NCBI GenBank assembly: GCA_035389045.1
Contig: DAOORA010000011.1
Location: 62,001 to 91,770 of the forward strand
Reading direction: 5' to 3'
DNA length: 29,770 bases
From: Bacteroidales bacterium
Lineage (GTDB): Bacteria; Bacteroidota; Bacteroidia; Bacteroidales; CAIWKO01
The translations under genes and the position numbers were made by a program. This document shows positions 1 to 7,980 of this stretch, in pieces. Below the pieces are notes generated by a model. It had not been told where the DNA came from. It worked only from the letters and a program-made list of their open reading frames with translations, and did no database searches. Each line of letters opens with the position of its first letter. Position 1 is the first letter of the stretch.

Positions 1-562
1 CAACGCTAATCCGTTCCTGTGGGCCGGCAGTTAATTTTTCAAGTGATCGTGTATCATACTGTTTTCCTAAAACCCTCAGCATGTCGAGATAATTCTGAAC
101 CATATGCTGATCTTTTCTGAACCTGACTGTTTGGTTATATAAACAAGACCGCAGCTGCCTGGAAAAACCTATTCTCTTTTTTCCCAACAAAAAAGAAAGC
201 GCGGCGCTCAGGTTGAAATATGGTTCACAGTCGAAAACGACATCATACTTGCGCATCTTCTTCAGAATGTTTATAAACCCCGAAGATGAGTCAAGATTAT
301 ATATGTGATCCGCTAAAGGGAACGACTCATAAACATCCTTCACCCGTGTACGCATCAGCACATCAACCATAGAACCATTATAGGTCTCTTTTATTCCTCT
401 GATCAGCGAAAGCGTGAGCACCGAATCGCCCAAGGCCCATAGCTTGATGATCAGAAATTTTTTGTCATTCCTGCCATTCCTGTCAAATATCCTGAATAAA
501 TACAAGAAAAGAACAATGACATATCCTAAATATTTATCAATAAATCTCTGAAAGCTGACCAT
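1..562 (-). CDS. Glycosyltransferase family 9 (heptosyltransferase-like), runs off the window edge
   Basis: Not in the ORF track. Manual translation from ATG at 562 gives MVSFQRFIDKYLGY...KKFLIIKLWALGDSVLTLSLIRGIKETY...VDVLMR...YDVVFDCEPY...KRIGF...HMVQNYLDML, open to the edge. 'LIIK..ALGD.V', 'YDVVFD' and 'RIGF' are typical GT9 (WaaC/WaaF/WaaQ) motifs. Confidence 0.88.
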   Translation of the reverse strand, partial: MVSFQRFIDKYLGYVIVLFLYLFRIFDRNGRNDKKFLIIKLWALGDSVLTLSLIRGIKETYNGSMVDVLMRTRVKDVYESFPLADHIYNLDSSSGFINILKKMRKYDVVFDCEPYFNLSAALSFLLGKKRIGFSRQLRSCLYNQTVRFRKDQHMVQNYLDMLRVLGKQYDTRSLEKLTAGPQERISV

Positions 563-572
563 CAGGTAATCT

Positions 573-1457
573 TTAATTTATCCTGTTTCTGCTGATAAGC
601 GAAAGCTGTTCTGCAATCAGTCCCAGCAGGAAAAAAATAATTCCGGCAACGATTCCCAGCAGGCAACCGGTAGAAATACCCCGCCCGGAAAGGATGCCGG
701 GCAAACCAAAACCGATACCCATCAACAGCGAAATTAAAGATAAAGGTATAAAGACCTTAGCCGGGTTGAACAAGATCACAATGTTGATGATTTCCATAAC
801 GGTATTAAATGCTGTTTCAATACTGATCGTGCTTTTCCCGGTTAATCTTTTGGTAATCACTATGGGTTCCTCAAGAACAAGGTGGCGGTTATTTATGAAA
901 ATCAGTGTTATAATATCACTGTACGACATAGTGTTTGGGGCAAGACAAAGATATTTCCGTGCCAGTTCAGTACGGTAAATTTTCATGCCGGAGTTAATAT
1001 CATAAACAGGAACATTCATCAATAATTTGGCAATGGTACGGATAAGCGTTTTTCCAACACTTCGCGACAATGATGCCGATTTCAGTCCTTTGCGGGAGCC
1101 CACTATCATATCGGCATCTTTTTCTGTAATACATCTGAACAATTTTTCAATATCCTCCATACGGTGTTGTCCGTCGGCATCGATAGTTATAACATATTCG
1201 GAATCCGCATGTATAATACCACTTTTAATAGCCCCACCGTAACCCCTGTTAATTTTATGATGGATCACGGTAAAATATTCATTTTGCTGAAATTCATCCA
1301 GTATTTCTTTGGTTTTATCATGAGAGCCATCATTAACCAATATTATTTTCCAATGGTTTTGTGTGCAGAGTTCAATAAGTGGCGGAAGCAATGTTTTTAA
1401 ATTGTCCGCTTCGTTAAATGCAGGAATGATAATCGACAATGTATTTGATGATCCCAT
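573..1457 (-). CDS. Glycosyltransferase family 2, DPM1/GtrB-like polyprenyl-phosphate sugar synthase with two C-terminal TM helices
   Basis: SIIIPAFNE, VNDGSHD, NRGYGGAIKSG, IDADGQH, DMIVGSR and DINSGMK motifs; two hydrophobic C-terminal segments. Confidence 0.9.
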   Translation of the reverse strand: MGSSNTLSIIIPAFNEADNLKTLLPPLIELCTQNHWKIILVNDGSHDKTKEILDEFQQNEYFTVIHHKINRGYGGAIKSGIIHADSEYVITIDADGQHRMEDIEKLFRCITEKDADMIVGSRKGLKSASLSRSVGKTLIRTIAKLLMNVPVYDINSGMKIYRTELARKYLCLAPNTMSYSDIITLIFINNRHLVLEEPIVITKRLTGKSTISIETAFNTVMEIINIVILFNPAKVFIPLSLISLLMGIGFGLPGILSGRGISTGCLLGIVAGIIFFLLGLIAEQLSLISRNRIN

Positions 1458-1482
1458 ATCGGACTATTAAGTTTGAATATAA

Positions 1483-1490
1483 CAAAGATA
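1483..1490 (-). promoter_or_regulatory. Bacteroidota -7 promoter box (TATCTTTG) for the GT2-GT9 genes
   Basis: Exact TAnnTTTG match ~25 nt upstream of the ATG at 1457; no clear -33 TTTG. Confidence 0.5.
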
Positions 1491-1564
1491 ATTTTATTTC
1501 ACGGATTAATGCTCCCTGCTATTTATAAAAATTACTGTAATAATTCCGGACCATCTTTGATCAC

Positions 1565-3619
1565 TTAATAAGCGCCCGCCGGCGATGTTTGTGTGAGCTG
1601 TAATAAGGTTTTGTTCATGTTTATTTTTTTATAAGCAACATCACGATTTTGTTTGGCCTGCAAACAATTGGGATCCACTTCAAGAGCTTTATTGAAATCT
1701 TCTATTGCTTTTTTCACTTTTCCTCGTTGCATATAAATTTCTCCACGGTAATTATATGCCAGTCCATAATTAGGGTCTAATTCTATGATTTTAGTAAAAT
1801 CATCAAATGCTTTGTCGGCCTGCCCGATATTCATATATGCCACCCCGCGGTTATAATAGGCAACAGCGTATGCAGGGTCTAATTCGATGGATTTGGACAA
1901 ATCGGCTATGGCTTTATCCCATTGTCCGACCATTCTGTAAGTATAACCCCTGTTGTAATAAGCTACGGCGAAATGAGGATTAATCTCTATCACTTTGGAA
2001 TTATCCGAAATAGACTTATCATATTGTCCAAGGTTCCCGTACGCAACACTCCGGTTTGAATAGGCCATCACTGATTTGGGATCCAGTTCAATGACTCTCG
2101 TAAGATCGGCTATTGCTTTTTCCCATTGTCCCAGGTTCCCGTATGAAACGCCACGGTTGTAATAGGCATCTGTATAAGCCGGGTCATTCTCAATCGCTTT
2201 GGAGTAATCGGCTATTGCTTTTTCTATTTGCCCAAGGTTATTGTAAGCAAATCCGCGGCAAAGAAACGGCCTGGCTTTTTCCGGTGATTTTAATGCAACA
2301 TCATTCCAGAGTGTCAGGTCGTCCTTCCATATCTTATTCCTCTGAAAGGTCATAAACGAAGAGGATATTACTATCATTCCCCATAAAATAACAGCCGGCA
2401 CCTTATACTTATTCCAGAGCAACACATATATCCCGTTTGTAACTATAAGAAAAAAGCCAAACGAAGGCAGATACGTCCGGTGCTCATAGATCAGGTCCGC
2501 AATCGGAATAAAACTTGATTCAATGGATAATGTAAGGAAAAACCAGAAGATGCCAAACGAAAATATCCGGTGCTTCTTATAAAGGAATATTGCCAGAACA
2601 AACAATGTCAAAAGTAACAGAAAACTTAACAAGGTTCTTAATTCAAAGAAATTCAACGAGATAGGATAATCATAATCTAAATTCTGCCGGACAGGAAATA
2701 TTAAAAGCTGTAAATATTTAACAATAACACTGAACTGGGTAAAAAGATAAGACTGCGGGGTCACCGTATAAACATTTCCGTTGTTTGGATAGATGGGATG
2801 AAGAACATTTAAAGAAAATTTAAACAGCGCCAGAAGGATTATCCCGAAAAAAGCAGCAAACAACAAAATGGTACGGGAATCTGATATTTTCAAGGAAGTT
2901 TTCCTGGTACGAAAAAAACAAAATTCAAAAAGTACAATGGTAAAAGGCAGTGTATAGGCATTCTCTTTGGATAAAACAGCCAGAATGGCCGATATCAATG
3001 ATCCTGAAAACATCAGGTATCTGATGCGGTTTTCTCTATCTGACATGCGGGCTTTCATGTACAGTGCCAGCGAAAGAAAATAAAACAGGGCTGCCATCGA
3101 GTTCTGCCGTTGGATAATATAGGTCACCGATTGTGTGGCTAAAGGATGCGAAACAAAAAATACGGCGGTGCCAAAGGCCAGTATATATTTATGTTTGCCG
3201 GCAGGGTTATCTTTCAGTCCGGGAGCCGAAAACAGTAACAAAGTGAGCCACCAGACCAATAACCCGTTGATAAGGTGTATAATCAGATTCACCAGATGAT
3301 AATACCAGGCATCAAGCTGGTTAAAATGATAATTTAAAACAAAGGAAAACATGCTGATGGGCCGGTTGGGACTATAATTCCACCATGTTTTAACATCATT
3401 CAGATTCCGGATCTTTGAATTATCGACAATATGAATATTATCATCAAAATAGAATGAGCCTTTGAAGGAATTTGAATAAATAAGTATTCCAAGTACAACA
3501 ATAATTGCCAGCCCGAGAATATTAAAATATTTGTTTTTTTTATATCGCTGGGAACCCGGTTGTTTTTTTTTATTCTTTTCCTTTGGAGTGAGCGTGCTTT
3601 TTTTTGACGTTTTTTTCAT
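1565..3619 (-). CDS. TMTC-like multi-TM (GT-C/DUF1736-type) glycosyltransferase with 6 C-terminal TPRs
   Basis: FYFDD in the first loop, RP, HLVNLIIH, HPLATQSVTYIIQR, SKE, LDYDYP and EHRTYLPS parallel TMTC motifs (DD, HP..TE.V, KE, AER.LYLPS). Six 34-aa TPRs (AYYNRG..Y..LGQ..KAI.D..K.IE.DP). Confidence 0.85.
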   Translation of the reverse strand: MKKTSKKSTLTPKEKNKKKQPGSQRYKKNKYFNILGLAIIVVLGILIYSNSFKGSFYFDDNIHIVDNSKIRNLNDVKTWWNYSPNRPISMFSFVLNYHFNQLDAWYYHLVNLIIHLINGLLVWWLTLLLFSAPGLKDNPAGKHKYILAFGTAVFFVSHPLATQSVTYIIQRQNSMAALFYFLSLALYMKARMSDRENRIRYLMFSGSLISAILAVLSKENAYTLPFTIVLFEFCFFRTRKTSLKISDSRTILLFAAFFGIILLALFKFSLNVLHPIYPNNGNVYTVTPQSYLFTQFSVIVKYLQLLIFPVRQNLDYDYPISLNFFELRTLLSFLLLLTLFVLAIFLYKKHRIFSFGIFWFFLTLSIESSFIPIADLIYEHRTYLPSFGFFLIVTNGIYVLLWNKYKVPAVILWGMIVISSSFMTFQRNKIWKDDLTLWNDVALKSPEKARPFLCRGFAYNNLGQIEKAIADYSKAIENDPAYTDAYYNRGVSYGNLGQWEKAIADLTRVIELDPKSVMAYSNRSVAYGNLGQYDKSISDNSKVIEINPHFAVAYYNRGYTYRMVGQWDKAIADLSKSIELDPAYAVAYYNRGVAYMNIGQADKAFDDFTKIIELDPNYGLAYNYRGEIYMQRGKVKKAIEDFNKALEVDPNCLQAKQNRDVAYKKINMNKTLLQLTQTSPAGAY

Positions 3620-3641
3620 GGTACAATTACGAATATTTGAC

Positions 3642-3771
3642 CTGATTAATTCTAATTTTGGTTAACTAATTATTTATCTTGGTGCTACTTTGTGGTGTGC
3701 TTTGTGCAACTTTGTGTTAAAAAAAAACCAGTAAGGATCGCAAAGGTTCTCAAATTTTGTGAATTAATCAG
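3642..3771. repeat. 130-bp segment bounded by a perfect 11-bp inverted repeat, containing CTT(T/G)GTG short repeats
   Basis: ctgattaattc (3642-3652) / gaattaatcag (3761-3771); cttggtg at 3678, ctttgtg at 3688, 3700 and 3710. Confidence 0.5.
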
Positions 3772-3839
3772 ATTAAATCGTATGTGATAGTATATCATTT
3801 AATTTCAAAAATGTTTCATTCATTATTATCTGTTTCATT

Positions 3840-5975
3840 TTATTTATTCAGGCTCTGGTATGCAGCATTGCGGCTGGTATATGCCTCACTATAATTCGGA
3901 TCGATCTCTAATGCTTTTGAATAATCCGCAATGGACAACTCAATTAGCCCTGAATTTCTGTATGCCTCGCCACGGTAAAAATATGCCCTTGCATGATGCG
4001 GGTTCATCTCAATCGTTTTGGATAAATCGGAAATGGCATTATTCCATTCACCGGTTTTTGTATAGGTAATACCACGGTTAAAATAGGCTTGCTGATTCCG
4101 GGGGGTAATCCTTATGGCTAAGGAAAGGTCTTCTGTCGCTTTGTCATACCGACCAAGGGAACCATATACTCCCCCGCGGTTGATGTACGCCTGGGCAAGT
4201 CGGGGATTTATTTCTATCGCCCTGGTAAAATCAGCAATAGCTTTATCATGCTGCCCAAGATTCCAGAAGATACCGCCCCTGTTGCAATAGGAATCTGAAC
4301 TTCCCGGATCTATTTCTATCGCTTTAGAATAATCGGACAAAGCCTTTTCCATCTGTCCGAGGTATCCATATATGCAACCACGGTTGTAATATACCGTTGC
4401 AACACCGGTATCAACCCCAAGAGCTTTATTGTAATCGGCAAGTGCTTTGTCCCACTGTCCCAGTGTGCCATATGCCACACCACGGTTTGAATAGGCTACC
4501 GCATATACAGGACAAATCTCAATGGCACGGGAGTAATCAGCTATCGCTTTTCCCGTTTGCTGCAGTTTAGCATTTGCCAGCCCCCTGTTGCAATAAGGCC
4601 GTGCCTTACCCGGAGATTTTGTTACTGCATCATTCCAGAGTGTAAACTCATCTTTCCAGACTTTATTTCTTTGATAAGCCATCACTGAATTTGTAAGTAG
4701 TATAACCACCAAAAGAGCAACTGCCGGTATTTTATATTTACTCCGGTAAAATATATTTATTCCGGTTCCGACAACCAGAAAAAAGCCAAAGGAGGGAAGG
4801 TAAGTCCGGTGTTCATAAATCGTATCTGCTATCGGAATAAACCCTGACTCTATGGACAATGTCAGGAAAAACCAGAAGATGCCAAAAGAGAATATCCGTT
4901 GCTTTTTATATAGAAACATTCCGAGGATAAGCAATGATACTAACAACAGAAAACTAAAAAAGGTTTTTAATTCAAAAAAACGGGTTGAAACAGGAAAATC
5001 ATAATCAAGATTCTGGCGGATTGGAAAAATCAGCAGTTGAATATATTTCACTATCACGCTGAACTGGGTCAACAAATAATTAGACGGAGTAATCGTATAG
5101 AGATTTCCATTATCGGGAGGAATGGGATTAAAAATACCCGCAAAAAAGTCACGGTTGAAAATACCCAGGGAGAATTTAAAAAATAGTATCACAATAAAAA
5201 GTAATGGAACAATAACAAATAGAATTTTACGGCTTTCATTTATTTTAAATAATTGTCTGGGTGTCTGAAAAAAGAAAATTTCAAACATCAGGACTGCCAG
5301 GGGAATTGTAAAAGCATTTTCTTTTGAAAAGACAGCCAAGACTCCTGAAATTAAAGAAAAACTCAAAAAAAGGTATTTGATTTTTTTCGTTTTAGCAGAC
5401 AAACGGCTTTGCATATAAAACGCCAGGGAAGCAAAATAAAACATAGCAGCCATCGTGTTTTGCCGCTGCATAATATAAGTTACGGATTGTGTTGCCAGCG
5501 GGTGTGAAACAAACAATAATGCGGTTATAAAACCTAAACTATTCCTGTATGGTGCTAAAACATGACCTTTCATCGCCGGCGCGGAAAAAATCAGGATGGT
5601 CAGCCACCAGGCCAGAAAGCTATTCGTAAGATGAATAACCAGATTCACCAGGTGATAGTACCAGACATCTAACTGGTTAAAGTGATAATTAAGTACAAAT
5701 GAGAACATACTGACAGGTCGCTCAGGGCTATAGTTCCACCAGGCTTTGACATCAGATATTTTCTGTATGAATGTATTGTTAACGATGTGCTGCAGGTCAT
5801 CAAAATGAAATGAACACTTGAAGGAATTTGAATAAATAATTATACCCAGTAAAATGATAACAGCTGATCCGGTCAGAAAAAAATATGTGTTTTTTACATA
5901 TGGTCTAACCTGCTGTTTCAGCTTTTGGGGCTGATTTTTTGACTTAGGATGATTTTGTGAAAACGTTTTTTTCAT
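3840..5975 (-). CDS. Second TMTC-like multi-TM glycosyltransferase with 7 C-terminal TPRs
   Basis: Paralog of 1565..3619: identical stretches RP.SMFSFVLNYHFNQLD, SHPLATQSVTYI, RIFSFGIFWFFLTLSIES, YEHRTYLPSFGFFL; seven TPRs. Confidence 0.85.
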   Translation of the reverse strand: MKKTFSQNHPKSKNQPQKLKQQVRPYVKNTYFFLTGSAVIILLGIIIYSNSFKCSFHFDDLQHIVNNTFIQKISDVKAWWNYSPERPVSMFSFVLNYHFNQLDVWYYHLVNLVIHLTNSFLAWWLTILIFSAPAMKGHVLAPYRNSLGFITALLFVSHPLATQSVTYIMQRQNTMAAMFYFASLAFYMQSRLSAKTKKIKYLFLSFSLISGVLAVFSKENAFTIPLAVLMFEIFFFQTPRQLFKINESRKILFVIVPLLFIVILFFKFSLGIFNRDFFAGIFNPIPPDNGNLYTITPSNYLLTQFSVIVKYIQLLIFPIRQNLDYDFPVSTRFFELKTFFSFLLLVSLLILGMFLYKKQRIFSFGIFWFFLTLSIESGFIPIADTIYEHRTYLPSFGFFLVVGTGINIFYRSKYKIPAVALLVVILLTNSVMAYQRNKVWKDEFTLWNDAVTKSPGKARPYCNRGLANAKLQQTGKAIADYSRAIEICPVYAVAYSNRGVAYGTLGQWDKALADYNKALGVDTGVATVYYNRGCIYGYLGQMEKALSDYSKAIEIDPGSSDSYCNRGGIFWNLGQHDKAIADFTRAIEINPRLAQAYINRGGVYGSLGRYDKATEDLSLAIRITPRNQQAYFNRGITYTKTGEWNNAISDLSKTIEMNPHHARAYFYRGEAYRNSGLIELSIADYSKALEIDPNYSEAYTSRNAAYQSLNK

Positions 5976-6060
5976 TTCTGAAGGAAGCGTATTTTACTCA
6001 ATACATGGCTAAAATCATGTTGCTGACTATAATTACTTACTTAGCAACGGTCACTGTTAT

Positions 6061-6187
6061 TTATTTCTTTAAATTCCGGATTGCAAAGTTAAGATTATTA
6101 CGGGCATCTGTAAAATTTGTATCGAGCTCTTTGGCTTTTAAAAAAATCTTCAATTGCTTTGGCTGTCTGACCCGTTTTCAGATACAT
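6061..6187 (-). pseudogene. Frameshifted 3' remnant (last TPR + cap helix) of a probable third TMTC/TPR paralog
   Basis: Removing one base from the A7 run at 6140-6146 gives MYLKTGQTAKAIEDFLKAKELDTNFTDARNNLNFAIRNLKK*. This aligns with IYMQRGKVKKAIEDFNKALEVDPNCLQAKQNRDVAYKK at the end of 1565..3619. Similarity ends at the MITE. Confidence 0.7.
6084..6091 (-). promoter_or_regulatory. Possible -7 promoter box (TAACTTTG) for the TMTC gene 3840..5975
   Basis: TAnnTTTG match ~110 nt upstream of the ATG, inside the TPR remnant. Confidence 0.35.
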
Positions 6188-6332
6188 AGTGTCTGAGCGG
6201 AAACTCAGTGTCTGAATCGAAAAGTTCAGTTTCGGGGCTTGCGAAGCGACAAAAAGCGGAGTCCGCCAGCTGGCGGATGAGCATTTTTGGAGCAAGCGTA
6301 ACGAAGAAAATGGAGTTTTCGTTCAGACACTA
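6187..6332. mobile_element. MITE-like palindromic element (146 bp) with a duplicated left end and a central 16-bp palindrome
   Basis: TIRs tagtgtctgagcggaaactc (6187-6206) and gagttttcgttcagacacta (6313-6332) are 18/20 complementary. A second left-end-like copy sits at 6207-6227; tccgccagctggcgga at 6262-6277. Confidence 0.7.
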
Positions 6333-6773
6333 CATAGTGTAAAAAATCTGTCAAAGAATTTTTTCGGATTCAACGGATAACGTGCTATCAAATCATGGCC
6401 ATCACATTATTTTTAGAAACTCCCTTTGAAGTAAACACAACAGTATCGTTGCTTAATCCCCAAAAAAGAATTGCTATTTCCGCAAGAAATAGTCTAAGAT
6501 CCATGGGTAAGGGAAGAACAGAAATAAACGGTATAAAAAAATTATAGTACCTGGCAGGCCGAAAGCAAGTGAGATCACTTATCATAAACAGCAAAAGCAT
6601 AAAAGTTAAGGGCGCGGGCAGGCACAGAACCACTTATCGGGCATCAAAAAAGACTTCCGTATATATCGGAATTGCTTATTAGGCGAAAAAACATGCAAAT
6701 CAATACCTTCAAGGCTGCAACTGCATAGATTTTAAAGAAAATGATGCAAATCTCAAAGAAGTTCTTTTTGCCT

Positions 6774-7013
6774 TTACTTTAATTTTGCATGAGTCCCGTC
6801 ACAAAATGGCGGATTTTTGGAATGTTTGCATCCACAAATATATGCCTTATCGCTTTCTTTTGCCATGAATAATAAAGGTGTAAATCCGGTTCCTTTATGA
6901 GAGCCGTCGCAAAAAGGCTGTTGTTTACTGTGGCCACACGCACACCAATAGTATTCTTTTCCTTTTTCCAGATTGAGAACAAACGGGGCTTTTTGAGCGA
7001 TTTTTGGTTCCAT
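6774..7013 (-). CDS. CDGSH iron-sulfur domain protein (two CDGSH motifs, MiNT/CISD3-like)
   Basis: WCACGHSKQQPFCDGSH and ICGCKHSKNPPFCDGTH. Confidence 0.95.
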   Translation of the reverse strand: MEPKIAQKAPFVLNLEKGKEYYWCACGHSKQQPFCDGSHKGTGFTPLLFMAKESDKAYICGCKHSKNPPFCDGTHAKLK

Positions 7014-7283
7014 AAATATTTATTTTTTTATGTTTTTATGTTTTACTATAACAACAAATGGAAAGTACTAATGTTAATACACTTATAATCAACAATATAA
7101 TTATTTTTGACAAAAATACAGATATGTTTATTCCATTACTCAGAACAGATTTATAATGAAACAAAAAAAAATATTACACCCCCTCACATAATCCATTCAA
7201 TAACTATTAATCAATAAAATAATTGTTATTGAGTAATCAACCCTCATTGAGTATGCCTTAAGATGCATACAACATTCTTCATT

Positions 7284-7676
7284 TTATTTTTTTAAAGCCA
7301 GCGAAGCGGCCCATTTGCAGACAATTTCTGTATCCGTTTTTGTGGGAATCTTATCCGGATCGGATTTTTTCATTCCCGCCGGAGGCATGCTTCCGCTTGT
7401 CATAGATTTACAAATGGCATTTGATTTTTTTGCTTGTTTTTTTTCCGGGTAAGTATCCCAGTCAGAAAAGCTCCAGATGGATTTAGCCATTCCGCTGCTG
7501 CCGGCATCGTGGCAACTGTTGCATGATTTCTTCAGTATCTTTGCAACATCCTCCGGAATAGGTTTTGCTGACCTGGCAATCTGATGCTGACTAACCGATC
7601 TTATAGGGAAGACCGCCAAAACAAGTGTACCAGCTAAAACAAACATTGCCGCATAAAAAAACTTTCTTGTTTTCAT
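7284..7676 (-). CDS. Exported heme-binding (cytochrome c-type, Haem_bd-like) protein
   Basis: N-terminal signal peptide, 'V..ILKKSCNSCH' CxxCH motif, distal MPP methionine, 'EIVCKWA' C-terminal helix. Confidence 0.8.
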   Translation of the reverse strand: MKTRKFFYAAMFVLAGTLVLAVFPIRSVSQHQIARSAKPIPEDVAKILKKSCNSCHDAGSSGMAKSIWSFSDWDTYPEKKQAKKSNAICKSMTSGSMPPAGMKKSDPDKIPTKTDTEIVCKWAASLALKK

Positions 7677-7730
7677 CTCTAACTTTTTAAATTTATACTG
7701 ATTCAGGTACTTAATAACAGATATTCATTG

Positions 7731-7738
7731 CAAAGATA
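7731..7738 (-). promoter_or_regulatory. -7 promoter box (TATCTTTG) for the heme-binding protein gene
   Basis: Exact TAnnTTTG ~55 nt upstream of the ATG at 7676. Confidence 0.5.
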
Positions 7739-7980
7739 ATGCATGATATATAAAAAAACAACAGATTTTAAAAATAATGCGATAAATAAGTTTTATATAA
7801 ATGAATGCATATGCGATGATATTTTTGGTGTTTTATTAAAAATATTAATTTTATGCGCTCAGAGTTAATGTAATACCTCTGCCTGAAAACCATACGTAAA
7901 GACTTATGAGTCAGCAACAAAGCCCCGCACCTTTTCACATTGTCTGCTAAGTCATAAGCCAAAAATATGAAGCAAATAAA

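Noticed and set aside
1229..1239. TAGCCCCACCG matches the tRNA-Arg 3' end (29705-29715), suggesting an attL/attR pair
   Set aside because: Only 11 bp, lies inside the conserved YGGAI codons of an intact GT2, and no integrase is present; likely chance.
1690..4600. 102-bp periodicity in the 3' parts of the two TMTC genes
   Set aside because: Degenerate TPR coding repeats, not CRISPR or DGR repeats.
6098..6295. 65-aa minus-strand ORF
   Set aside because: Chimera of MITE sequence and the frameshifted TPR remnant.
6388..6633. 81-aa hydrophobic ORF, possibly the rest of the third TMTC gene
   Set aside because: No TMTC or TPR motif found; GTG start and no other support.
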